Shown here one piece after another: positions 1-11,620 of a stretch of 64,000 nucleotides of DNA (position 1 is its first letter; every line of letters begins with the position of its first letter). The notes beneath the pieces are model-generated. The model saw only the letters and a list, made by a program, of their open reading frames with translations, made no database searches and was not told the DNA's origin. Source of the stretch: Phoronis australis (Eukaryota; Animalia; Phoronida); contig NMRA01000109.1 in assembly GCA_002633005.1 (NCBI GenBank), forward strand, positions 594,624 to 658,623, given 5' to 3'. The position numbers and the translations under genes were made by a program.

Positions 1-3000
1 CCTTCAGGTATATTAACCAAGTGGTTAATTTTTCATTGAGTTTTTAAGTTTGATGGTTGTGATTCTCAATGTTTGTTAGTCTTTTGTAAGGTGGTGGTTC
101 ATGCATCTACCCTATGAAGTGTTTCTCAGAACAGCTGCATCTATAGCTGGGACTGAGTCCCATATGCTTGACATCTATAAACACTTTGGCATAGTGAGAA
201 CTTGAATTCATATCTCAGAAGGGTATTTTTGATTCTAACTTTTGAAACTTAGCTAACACAAGAAGTTGAAAAAATTTTTCAAGTCACACAAAACATATAT
301 TTACAAGCATTTTAGTGTCCCTATCTCAAAAGCTATAAGCAAAACACGGGTCAGTTAGTCCCTTTGTGTTAAATAAATTCAAAACCAACGGGGAGGGTGG
401 TGGGCTGATTGAACATTCGGTAATCCAGAGCTATTTTTTGGTGTCTTAAAATGATCCGTGGCTTAAGTAGGATTGTCGGCAGTGAAAGGTTGTGTGGGGT
501 AAAATGATTATATCTGCATCATGATTTATGTTATCTAACCTCATGAAGTTCTTTAAATAGTGCATGCGACACCTTGTGATACATATGATTGCTCCATTCT
601 GTGGTCTATGAAAGTGTTTTTAGTCCTATCTATTTGTAGAAAATGACACTCTAGCAGTCATCACCCTACAGTTGCATTGGTCCATCTCAGGAAGTTGTTA
701 AATGCATAGCTTCCTTGATTGCTTTCTGTGTAATGAGGAATTATCCGCCCTTGTTGAGATAATGGTGGTTTTCAATTATGCTTTGTGAACAGCGAATGAT
801 TTTGCTAAAACCAATTATTTTTATGAAAATTTAACAATTTTTGTTTGCCAGAACAAAAATGTTGTGTCCCTGAAAGTAAATTTTATCAGTAATGTGAGCA
901 TTTTGAGCCAGGTTTTGGTCAGCTATTCAGTTGTTATCTCATGGTTTGTAGATGTATCACTAGCCCTAGTAATGGCCAGATGTTTGCTCTCTTGTTCAGA
1001 AAATATTGCATGTCTGATAGGATTACCCCTTTGAACAATGCTGGGTAATTCGTGAATCAAAATTTATTCTCTGAGGTGTCTGTGCAAAGAGGTCATTGAA
1101 TGCTTGCCACATTTGTTGACCAGCAGAAAAGAGGTACTTTCATGTCTGTGTTTACAGATTTCTAAATACCTTATTTCTAGGAAGAAATACTTGCGGTAGT
1201 ATTAGTAGAATTGTTTCAAAGCCACAAAAGCTGAATAAGTTGATTGAATAGATTCAAGTCATGTCTCTACAGGTTGTTTGGTCAGGAAGTGTATTTCTGC
1301 TGTTTCACCTTCAGTTTCGTAGTTTTAGTCTTACCTTTATCACAATCCTTAAAAATAGCGTTGTCATGGACTGTATTATTCCTCTCAAGAAAACATACCA
1401 ACTGGAGGGCCAGAACACAAATTAATGACAACATTTTGGTCTCAGTCTCAAGGACCATGGTGACAAGTTTGAATTCTCTTACACTTGTGACCAGAATATT
1501 GTCCACTGGTTGGAGAATTTTGCTGATAGATGATAAATCTGATTTGTTTTCTTCACAAGTATTCAGTGTTTTCACTGTCTGCAAATGTCCATGTCAACAG
1601 CCATTGGATCAGAGACCATGGTGTTGCGTTCTTGCCAAAATGTCGTTTTTGTGAATTTAGGTCATGCGTAGCTAAAACTTTGATGAAAATGACTGGATTT
1701 TCTATTTGCAATTTTACCATATTGAAACCAACATGTGACAGTTGTGACTCATTATTTTACAGGTCCTGTAAACCCCAACAGTTGTTAACATTGGTGTGGG
1801 GATCAATAACAAATTGAACATGGGGGCTCAAAATTGAAGGTGGTGGTCGAATTTGATGATGACAGCTAAAATTTGAGTTTGATAAATTGACAAAAAACCT
1901 GGAGAGAATATTGATGTTGGTGTTTATCCCATGCAGTTTCTTAATGTTTTCCTAGAGTACTTGTAAGGAATAAATCTTATACACATATGTATAATTCATG
2001 AATTATTATCTAGGTTTATCTTAGCACTTTTGCTTTTGTCCTGTATTACCCATTTCACCCTGGTCTTGGTTTTGACAAAGCCTGACTCATCACAATGTAT
2101 GAACAAACCTGCTATGGAAGAGGGTTTATTTGTATAAGAGTGTGGTGGGCTATATGTTTATGTTTGTGGCATGAGTGAAATACTGACTTCATATTCAGAA
2201 CATGAGTGCCTGAAAAGGACTGTGGGTCTTTCTGTTCCCTAGGGCCTGCTCCCTCCTCCTAAAATCTCACCAATTTCAAACAAAATGGATACAATTGTTT
2301 CATGTTTTAAAGGCTGCTGTCCTTGTCTGCTGGTAGTTAGTGTTGATCACAACCTGTTTTGACTAGTCCTTGCATCGAGTTTGAATTTTGTTGTGACGAG
2401 TTTAACTTACTTGCATCGAGTTTGAAAACCTGTTCAGCAAGTTTGAAGTATTGAGAGATAACTCACTTTTAAGAAAGTTAGGACATCTTGTATTTTTGTT
2501 ACCAATCCAATACATTTGTTCCAAGACTTAACACATGACCTCTCCAACCGTATTGACCATAGACTTTCGAACAGGTAATGGAATTTTGTAATTCCAGTCA
2601 AGTTTGAATTTTCTGTTGTGGAGAACACCAATGGAATCAAATTTTAAAATGGTGAAGCATATAATTTACTTGTGCCTGTTATTTTTATGAAAAAATATTT
2701 TTTGGGGGGTTCTTCTCATGTGAACGAGGGCCCTGCCCTTATAGGTCAGTGAATATTAGTGGCAAATTTTACTACTGGATGCAGACACTAGGCTTCCCTA
2801 TTAGTGTAGGAAGTAGAATCTCTCCTTTGTACAGGAAAACAGCTTGGAATTTTCCGAAGTTCTACACTGTAGAAAACTGCGTTTATGACAGCCTTAGTTT
2901 GCCACTGATGTTTTTATTGGTCTAGCTATCTGGCTATCAACCCTCTGCTGGTCAATTCACAAGTGTTTGATACAACTATCCATAGAATTTATGACCAAGG

Positions 3001-4210
3001 CCATTTATTGCATATGGACAATATTTGCATGAGTACAAGTTGTACACGTTTTTTCACTCATGTTTGGGGGCCTGAATCATTGAACACAGTGTCGTGTAGG
3101 TGTGACAAAAACATCCAATTTTCTTGATTTTGTATCTCAACTGGAAGAACCATGATTAATTCAGAGATCAGCTAATAGTGAAACCTTCCTGTGGTTTCCA
3201 ACACTGGGGATTGGATTGGCATGTTTTATTGTTCACTTGGGCTATAGTTCCAGGGCGTTGGTTAAGATGCTTAAGTAAACAATAGCGAATATTCAGGACC
3301 TGGTTAATGAATAAATCATGTTTGTGTTTTGTATTTGGGCACAAATTAGCTCTACAGGGACCATTAGTACATCTCCTTTGTCGCCAGTCAGAACTTGTTA
3401 TGTATGTCAATGATCACTAGTATGGGTAGATAAGTACTGTGTTGATTTTGACAAACTTTTTCCTCTCTGCTGCCTTTAATGTGAGACTGCATTGAAAAAA
3501 CAAGGTCATTATGTGTATTTTACATTTATAGGTCTGCATGTTAATGAGGCAGTTTATTTTTCAAACTGGTTTGATGTTTGTTAAGATCATCTTTCAACAT
3601 GCAGGGGCCCGCATGTATTCGGGGGGGGGGTTACACTGCACAAAATCCGGGGGCATTGCAGTAAATGTTCCCGGTGATAAATTCATTATTTTGCTGAAGG
3701 TCGAAGTAGGCAGTTTTGGTGGAAACAAATTCAAGAATTCCGTTGAATGATAATTGGTCATTTGCCTGGACATTTCACACTATGGAGAGGCAACATTGAC
3801 TGTCCCGAATTCAAGAATTAAGATCAACAAAATCGTCATTCACCTTGATGTTACATGTTATGTGGATGCCCCAGTGGCTATTTTCTATGATGCAGTGTTC
3901 AATAGTTGAGAAACATGATGGAATACCAAAATCACCCTTGTCTCAATCTTCAGAATCTTGTTCGGTACGGTAACTTCAAATCTGCCTTGATTTCTGTATC
4001 CTGAATTTTGGAGACTGTCCCTAACTGGACAATTTTTACAATAACTGTGCAATAAATGCTTCCATTACTGACATCCTTTTGCAGTTGGACTAGACCCAAC
4101 CCTTTACATAAAGATGTGGACTGTTATGCACTAAGTTATCAGCTGTTAGCCCGTGACTGACCAGTCTCAGCTTGGCTTTGATTGTATACCACATTCAATA
4201 AGGCCCAGAC

Positions 4211-4759
4211 CAGAAGCGTGTTCAACAGAGTGAGCGCCCGCTAGCGTGTACTCGCGAACACAAGGAACAGCTCCTGAACAGCTGTGAGCGCTCACTGTGC
4301 GATCCAGTATGGCGACTTTGAAGCAGATTGTGTTGAACGTCTTAGCCGATGAGCTTAACACTAACAGTCCTTCCTATGGCGTACTGAGCGATAAATATGA
4401 TTAATCTTTGCCAATAATTATTAATATCGGCAGCCCCAAGACAACAACCGTGAAGGCTTTGGCCCGACAAGAATCGAAAATTACGTCGAGGAAACTGTAC
4501 CTCGCTACAGCGACCCGCAATTTAAGTCGCAGTTTCGGATTAGTCGGTCAACTTTTGAGGTTAGTTTTCGTGTAGCAGAACCATAATGGGTTCATATGTT
4601 GCAGACGTGAAGCCTTCGCAGGACGCCATCTTGGAAATCTAAGCGAACAAGCTCTCGAGGTTGTTCGCGAGCGCTCGCGAGCGCTAACGTGAACACAGCT
4701 GTTCAGGACGAGGGCGCTCAAATCGCTCGCGGGCGCTCACTCTATTGAACACGCTTCTG
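4211..4759 (+). mobile_element. Internally deleted PIF/Harbinger DNA transposon with transposase N-terminal remnant
   Basis: 31-bp terminal inverted repeats (TIRs) CAGAAGCGTGTTCAA(C/T)AGAGTGAGCGCCCGC with 1 mismatch. 4470-4559 translates as RIENYVEETVPRYSDPQFKSQFRISRSTFE, the F-x-x-x-F-R-x-S-R-x-T-F motif of Harbinger/HARBI1 transposases, followed by a gttagt donor. Confidence 0.85.
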
Positions 4760-5327
4760 TATATATGCTCTATTGTGCTTCAGCGTTCATTACAGTCTAC
4801 CCTAGTTACATGATTGAAGGTTACAAACATCAAGGAAGCTGTGATCTCTGATACCCAAGGATACTGATATAAAACACTTAGAATATTAACTTGTTTATTC
4901 GGCATGATACTTGGACTGGAGTAGGAACTTCTCAAATTTCATCATAGTGTGCCTTGTGCTGCACTTGATTTCAAGTTCTTGATTTCAAAGGTTTTGCGCA
5001 GTCACCATTTTGTTGAGTTGTTGCAAGAAGGTGTTCTGTTATTATTATTATTTCTCCAGTAACCCAGATAATTGTTAAGGGCAGGTGTCTCATCATTTAC
5101 TCAATAAGCTAGTTAATTAGGAGTAGGTAACAATCAAGGAAGAAATAATCTATCTAGGTCTTTTGTTTCACTGTAAGGTCATTAACTATGTGTGGAGCGG
5201 GTATTAACTTGTCATTGATTTTTGCAGTTAATTAGCCATGCAAACAAACTAATGAGCGTGTTCAGTGTATTGTGTGAGATGGGAATCTTAAGGCGTTATG
5301 CTATTCCCACTTAATGGTACATAACTG

Positions 5328-5816
5328 GCTGTACTTCGGGCACCATCCAAGATCATTTTCTGCAATGTCACGAACGTAAAATCAACCGTTAAGAAATTGT
5401 TGAAAACACGTCAATTCGCTACGTGGAGCAAGATGTGCTGCATTTGAAAGTATTAGAGTCCCTTTTAATTGCTTTTGAGAAGCCTGTTTTGAATGAGCAG
5501 CAAACAGGGTTACACTTGTTTGTGGGACTTTCCTGTTACCCCCCTTCATTAGTCATTCTTTGCAGTATTTCACACCCGCCGTGTCTCACTGTGTGTGTCG
5601 TCAGTTTATACTCTGTGGTGGCATCACTGTATCACTTTATCTTCACTTGAGAGTGAAACAAGTATGTTTCGAAATGTGTCTTTTAATTATGTCACTAGGT
5701 CAGTTGCTGTATCTATGTTCAGTTGAGAGTAGAGTTTTGTTCCGAAAGTACGAATGTAAGGGAATAAAGACTGTGAACAATGAAAAGTGTCGTGCGTTTA
5801 ACAAATTCTGTATAAC
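5328..5816 (+). mobile_element. 5'-truncated Penelope-like retroelement (GIY-YIG C-terminus, pseudo-LTR, ORF restart) with 13-bp TSD
   Basis: TGGTACATAACTG is duplicated at 5315-5327 and 5817-5829. Translation GTIQDHFLQCHERKINR*EIVENTSI...LKVLESLLIAFEKPVLNEQ resembles the Penelope GIY-YIG end. ATG 5689 starts MSLGQLL...LFRKYE...AFNKFC, resembling the Penelope ORF N-terminus. Confidence 0.8.
5644..5680 (+). ncRNA. Degenerate Penelope-type minimal hammerhead ribozyme motif
   Basis: cacTTGAGAGT-GAAAC-aagtat-GTTTC-GAAA-tgtgtc: stem II plus GAAA and a variant core, at the expected pseudo-LTR position. Confidence 0.5.
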
Positions 5817-6993
5817 TGGTACATAACTGTATGTCTGCCTTGATAGGGGTACCTAGGCCTTTTAGAACAGTGGCCTGAGCTGGGGGTTTCAGAGTGCTTT
5901 GTGACACCTTTGAATGTAAAAGAAGGTCTGCTGTTCTGTCAGTGTATTGGGTTGTGCAACTGTTAGAATGTGGAACTTTACAAACACCAGTAGGGGTGCT
6001 GGTGCTTGCTATAATGTACAGTATTTACAACCGGGATGGTTATGGTCTGAAGTGTCTGCCTGATCCCACTAAGAGAGTATGAGGGTCTGTTTTGTAATTA
6101 ATTTATCAAAGTTTTGTGTGGGATGGTGTTTACGCTAATGCTTCAAATCACCGAGTTAGGTCATTTCTAAGATTAGGGTTTCTGGTTTATCATATCTAGC
6201 CACTTTTCACCTAGTTTGAATTTTACATCAGGGTGAAATACAACAATAACTGTCAGCAAAATTATTATCTTCCACAAAATTCCTGTCTCTTTGGCTTATG
6301 ATGGCCTCCATCTCCCAGGACGACTTTGGTTTTGATGGATGTGGAGGAACTGCTAGTATTTCCCACTGGTGTGAATTTAGTATTTCAAAATTTATTAGTC
6401 AAGTGGGGTGTTTCCAGTAAACTTAAATTTCAGGCAGTGGGATTGTGAAATTTGTGAAGAGAATCTCAAGTGAAGTTAGATGCTCTGGAGCAGGGTTACT
6501 CAGAGTTGTCTTGTACTTGTACTTTGGTGTTCTTGTAAAATGGCTGCATAGATTACAATGACTACTTTGTACCTTGGTCAGTTTAGTTATGTAACAAGTG
6601 GTGTTGTTGATCCCATCCCAGTTGACTACTAGCTGTTGGTCATCTACAACCAACTGACACATACTTGGCCTTGTGTGTGTGTGTTTGATTTGTTGATGGT
6701 GGGTGGTGAGTCCAGAGAAAAGTCAATGTTTGTCCAGCTATTGTATGTGTAGACAATAGATTTCTAAGAGGAACAGTTGATAAACACATCTATTATAAAC
6801 ATGATTTGTCACTGAGTGCTGGCTGGTACTGTGGTGTAAAATGGTCCCCAACTATTGAATACAGCATGTCAGTAGTGCTACATGTATTACACACACTTAC
6901 TCTCCAGAGCAGAGCATTATAACTGAACAGAAGTGACTCAAGTGTGACAACTCATTTACCCCTATGAGGGTGGAATAACTTGTGCTGTAGGTA

Positions 6994-7539
6994 CGGTGAC
7001 ATCTCACCAATTTAGCACACAATATGGTGTACAGGTGAAATTTTGTTGTTTTTTTCTTCATGAAAGATAAGTAACATGAAATGAAGATGTTACAGTCTTG
7101 TGCACCATAGCTACTATGAAATAATTTTTGAGATTCTGGGCTTTCACAATAATGTTCAAGGCTCTCGTTTACCTGAAGGAGAGAGTACCTGTGCCTTTTG
7201 AGAGGAGAATTTTTTGGTGACCATGAGGGGAAAATTCTACCCCCGCCTCATTGTTAGCCCTTATAGGCTCTGCTGTATGTAGTCAAATCATAACATTTTA
7301 TGCTCTTTCAAATCATCGCCTGTGTGTTACAAGTGACTCAAACCTTCAGGTAATTTTTTTAATCACTTGAGGGAAATATTGGGCCTCAGAGAGGAGTTTT
7401 GTGTGATTTTTAGGTATTTTTCAGGAGGGGAATGGGACCAATATTCTGCCCCAAAATGGAGGGATTGAGGGCCCTGATGTTAATACGGGCCTTTGAAGAA
7501 ATATAAAATATTTTGTCCAACATTGGTAAAATTTTATCG
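6994..7539 (+). mobile_element. Tc1/mariner-type MITE (family A), interrupted by a nested MITE
   Basis: TA flanks at 6992 and 7540. Imperfect 25-bp TIRs CGGTGACATCTCACCAATTTAGCAC / CGATAAAATTTTACCAATGTTGGAC. Homologous copies elsewhere in the window. Confidence 0.7.
7157..7476 (-). mobile_element. CAGGGC-terminal (hAT-like) MITE (family B), nested in family A
   Basis: TIRs CAAGGCTCTC/CAGGGCCCTC, ATGTT on both flanks, colinear with the copy at 31936-32202. Confidence 0.7.
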
Positions 7540-7577
7540 TAACCTCGGTGTAAATTGCACTGTGTTTGAAAACCTGT

Positions 7578-8060
7578 TGACCCTTTCATACTTACTTACT
7601 AAGGTGTCGACGTAAACTGCAAAGTTAATTGAATCGTTCATACCAGCTTCAGTAGTTAACTGCATCGAAATAAATGGTAGGTGACGCTGCTGTTATCAAA
7701 GGATTCGCAAGGTAGCGCTGATGCATCTCGCGCATGCTAATATTTTTTTAATGTGAAAATTTGAGAACATTTACATGTGCTAATTGACACAAAACTTGTT
7801 TCTAATTTGATTGGTGATTATTCGACCTAAATATAAGCAACCACTAGCGACGACAATGCCCTCTAGCGAAAGCAGCGACCTCTAGCGATAACTTCGATGA
7901 GACCGGTGACGGTGACTGTTCATACTACACTACAGCATCGAAGCTCTGCTGTTAAATCCAACTGTTTACTTCGAAGTTAGCTGGCTCTGTTAACTTCAGA
8001 CCAGGACTGAACTGCAACTCCCCAAAACATCAACAGGTCACTGTTAGTATAAAAGGCCCC
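7578..8060 (+). mobile_element. MITE family C, copy 1 (Harbinger-like TIRs)
   Basis: TIRs CCTTTCATACT/AGTATAAAAGG. Colinear with 32927-33359 through CGTAAAC, TTCATAC, CGCAAGGTAGC, ACATTTACATGTGCTAA, GCGATAACTTCGAT and GCAACTCCCCAAA. Confidence 0.75.
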
Positions 8061-11000
8061 TATGACATGGATTATATGACACTTGCACATTACTAGTGTG
8101 AATGAACTTCACCATTACCACTAGTTGTTGAGCCACTGGTAAGTGGTGGTCTGACCAGTGGTCAATGTTGGTCCAGCTTGGATTTATTAGGTTTCCATGG
8201 GTTCAGTTACTAACCTAGTGTATGGATCATGTGAACCATATGGGTAGGGTTGTGTAGTTATTGGTGGATGTCTGCACAGGGATAGTTATGGTGTGTGATA
8301 GAATGGAACAAAGTGACTGAACCACTTCATGCCTTGTCTGTCCTTGGGGAAAAATATGGTGATTGGATTTTACATTTTAAATTATATCTGATTTGTCCAG
8401 ATTTGATTAGGAAGTATTCAAGGTTGGATTTCCCATCCTCAGTAAGTGAAAGTCACTTTTTTACCTATTAAATGGTTATGAAAATTGTCACTGTCAACTG
8501 GACCTGTCGAATTTGTCATTTTGAGGCTTCCCAGTTGTTTCTCACCTGAAACAGAACTATTGTCATCTAAGTACAGCTAATGTTCATGTAGTCCTAATTA
8601 TGTGTCCACCTTTGTACTGTCTTACTCTTAGCATATTCCTAAACTGAAGTTGGTGAAGCTTACATGACCAACACTGTTTTCCTTTGATACCTTGTATTTG
8701 TTCTGTGCCCTCTCTGTGCTATTAATATTCCTCCCTTGCCCCCCTCCCCCCCTTCGATACTCCCAGTTTCTGGTGTCCCGCCTGTGGCAAATGCATTAGC
8801 CCCTACTCATCTGTTTCAACTGTATTCTAAGTGAACCATAGTTGAAAGCAGTGAACCTAATTATAAATCTAATTAATCAGGTCATCAGGCTGGTGCTGTC
8901 ATTCCAGCTGTGCTAATCCTTACCCAGGCCTCAATATACAAACTGTAATTCTGCACTCAACTAGCACAATATGGCTGACAAATAAAATTCTGTTTATCAA
9001 ATACCCACACAAAAATAAAGATTACGAGAATTTTATTCTATTGACAGCATGGTTTGTACTGTGTAGAAGTCATAAACAAATTTTTGGTATATATTCCATT
9101 GTTTGTCGTAAAATAACAAGCTTTTGGAGATTGGGAAAGTGGCGATTTTGGCGATTATTTTGTGCGAAGTCAGTGGAGAAATACTGTACACCTGTTTGGA
9201 TTAGAGGCAGCAATACAAAAAGCCATAAAGTTACCAGCAGAACAAAGAGTGACTATCTTATCTGCCCAGGGCTCTCTGTCTAGGTACATACCAGTATATA
9301 GCTCAGGTATACTGTTGTTCCAGTTTACACATAGACCCTAGGGTTCACCTGTAGGATGATATTTAATATTTGTTCCATTGGATATGCATTGACATTGTTG
9401 GTAGCACATTAAATATGAGCCATGGCTCTGCTTAAATCCTAGTTGTATGGTCTTGCAATAAGCCATTGTCAAGTTGCAGAAAAACAGTGTTTTAGGAGTG
9501 AGTACGCAGCAGTTTTTAACATTTATACACACGAGTTATACTACCTGGGTTATGTTGAGGATGAAATCATGTTGAGGGGGATGTTGTTAAGGTGCGTGTT
9601 AAGTGTACTTATGACCCTTGGTACAATGTTATTGTAGACTGCTGTTCAGAAGCTGCAAAAAACTCTAATTACCCCGTTATATCTCATTAAGTCTTCTGAT
9701 GATAGCTGATGATGAACCCTTGACCTCCTCTTAGCAGAGTGCTACCTCGGTTTTATTAGATTGAGAATAAGAGTACGTTCTCTGTCCATTGTCAGGTACC
9801 AGTGGCCCTTCATTTGAAGAGGACCATTTCTTAAGGATATGCGCTTAGTACTCGCTCCCTCATGATTTTTCTTTTGTAATTTCTACAAACAACACACGGA
9901 TAATTGAATTACTAAGAATCCTGTGAAGTATTGACCCTAGGTTGTCTACTGTTGGTTGTGTCATTTCGCGAGACAGCTCGGACTGGGCTTTGTGCGTACG
10001 TTTGTCTGTATGCATTTATTGTTGGTCAGAGCTTGTGCAAACAGTCGTGTTGATTTACAATTTATTCAACTGGATTTTGTTTGAATTGAATCTATCTGGG
10101 CCTTGCTAGATGTCACATGTCTATGCACCTAGTTATTCTTTATGTGACCAAAGTTGCCTGTCACAGCTTGGATCTCAGATATATCAGATCTCGGTCTATC
10201 TGAGCTTGGATTAAGTAACAGATCAACATTGAAAAGTCAGTTATGGGTAACAATACCACACAAATCAGGAGAACTTAAATTACACACACATTAATGCTGA
10301 CTATACAATAGTTGATGCAGTCAAGGGTTGCGGTTCTCTTTATTCAATTTCATCATTACATGAAAATATTGAAATACAGAAGCGTAATGAGATATCAGCG
10401 GGGTAATTGAGACGATAATGTGAAATTCAGTGCAGTAGGTTGCTTTGCTTAACGCTACTCTCCTGTATCCTGGGATGGTTTATCAGTTGTCTTTAACAAA
10501 AGTACTTTGTGTTGAAAGTTGCTAGTGCTTTGTGTTGACTGCTGAGATACTGTGTTGCAGAGAAGTGCAACTGCACATGTCTGTAGTATACTCACAGGAC
10601 TACTTTTGTCATGAGCTGCTTGTCAGTGAATTCATGAGAGTGGTGGAATGCTGATCTGAAACAAATGGGCTTAATCAACTGAAATGACTCTGCCTGTGTC
10701 CTTTAAAATGAGTGTTGGAGACTTGAAGTTGTTTTGTTTCCACTGATCAGTGTTGGACATGAAGCCTGTAATCTCAAGTCTTTTGTCCAATGTTTCTCAG
10801 ATACATGATTATCTTACTCCAAGAGCTCGTGTCAGCAAATTCACTTCAAAACCCGGCTGTTTCTTGAAAAGTGACTCAAGGCTTAAGCTAGAAAATTTGA
10901 CTTGTACTCCAACAATTACTGAATGAAATTTTTGCTGTCATTGTACGTCATGTTTTTCTCAGTGACACATGGCAGTTTAGAAATAATTGAAAATTATCTG

Positions 11001-11620
11001 TCTATATATTTTCAGAGACTTTGTGCTTTTGATATGGTAAGATGAAATAATTTTTTGTAGTTGTTTTATGAAGCGTTAGATGGAATTTCTGTTCACTTTT
11101 CAGGACCATGAGCTTCATGTCATCTGTAAAGCTGGCATCTTGTTATGCCTTTAGCAAAAACTAATTACAGCTGTCCAGTTTTTAAATTTTTGTCAAAAAG
11201 AATGCATAGTTGATACAGCGTTTTACTCGATATTGTCTAAATTTTGTTGGTGGTTGTGTTTTGGCACCAAATCTTTCAAGGGTTAAGTTCAAGAAGCCGG
11301 TTATGTAATTTCTGGTCAGGCCCTAATGGAAGCCTCACAAATGTGGCCAGTTCAACCTACTTGCTTTTGAAACTTTTCTACTTCTCTGAGCCAGTCTACA
11401 TGGGCTTTCTGGTTTGCTTCTTGCATTATAGTGAGGTAATTTTAATTTTTCTCACAGTAAAACTATGTCCTTTGCTGACTGTTAGTGTTGTTGGCTTTTA
11501 TTTTGTAGAAATTTCTGGTTTGTCTGTTGCAAGTAAGCCAGTTTTTCTCAAGTGCCTGGTCTCATGAGTTCAACCTTTGTTTTTTGTTTTTTTAGTGAAC
11601 CACACCCCAGGTCCACCGCC

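Noticed and set aside
1244-1817. Overlapping 95-136 aa ORFs
   Set aside because: Non-ATG starts, intron-like composition, no motif
1797-1932. GGGATCAATAACAA / TTGGTGTTTATCCC inverted repeat as a MITE
   Set aside because: Only 11 of 14 matches, with no TSD or second copy
3602-3875. CAGGGGCCCGCAT...ATGTGGATGCCCCAG as a hAT MITE
   Set aside because: TIR match too poor, no TSD, and no second copy in the window
9695-9720. CTGATGA occurrences as hammerheads (also about 17975, 42775, 43771 and 56157 on minus, and 62231)
   Set aside because: No well-formed stem II followed directly by GAAA, and no Penelope context
11552-11620. ORF-track start at 11552 and read-through to 15094
   Set aside because: The upstream part is the polypyrimidine tract and acceptor. 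The Kozak ATG and signal peptide start at 11621, and cadherin similarity stops at the 14954 donor.
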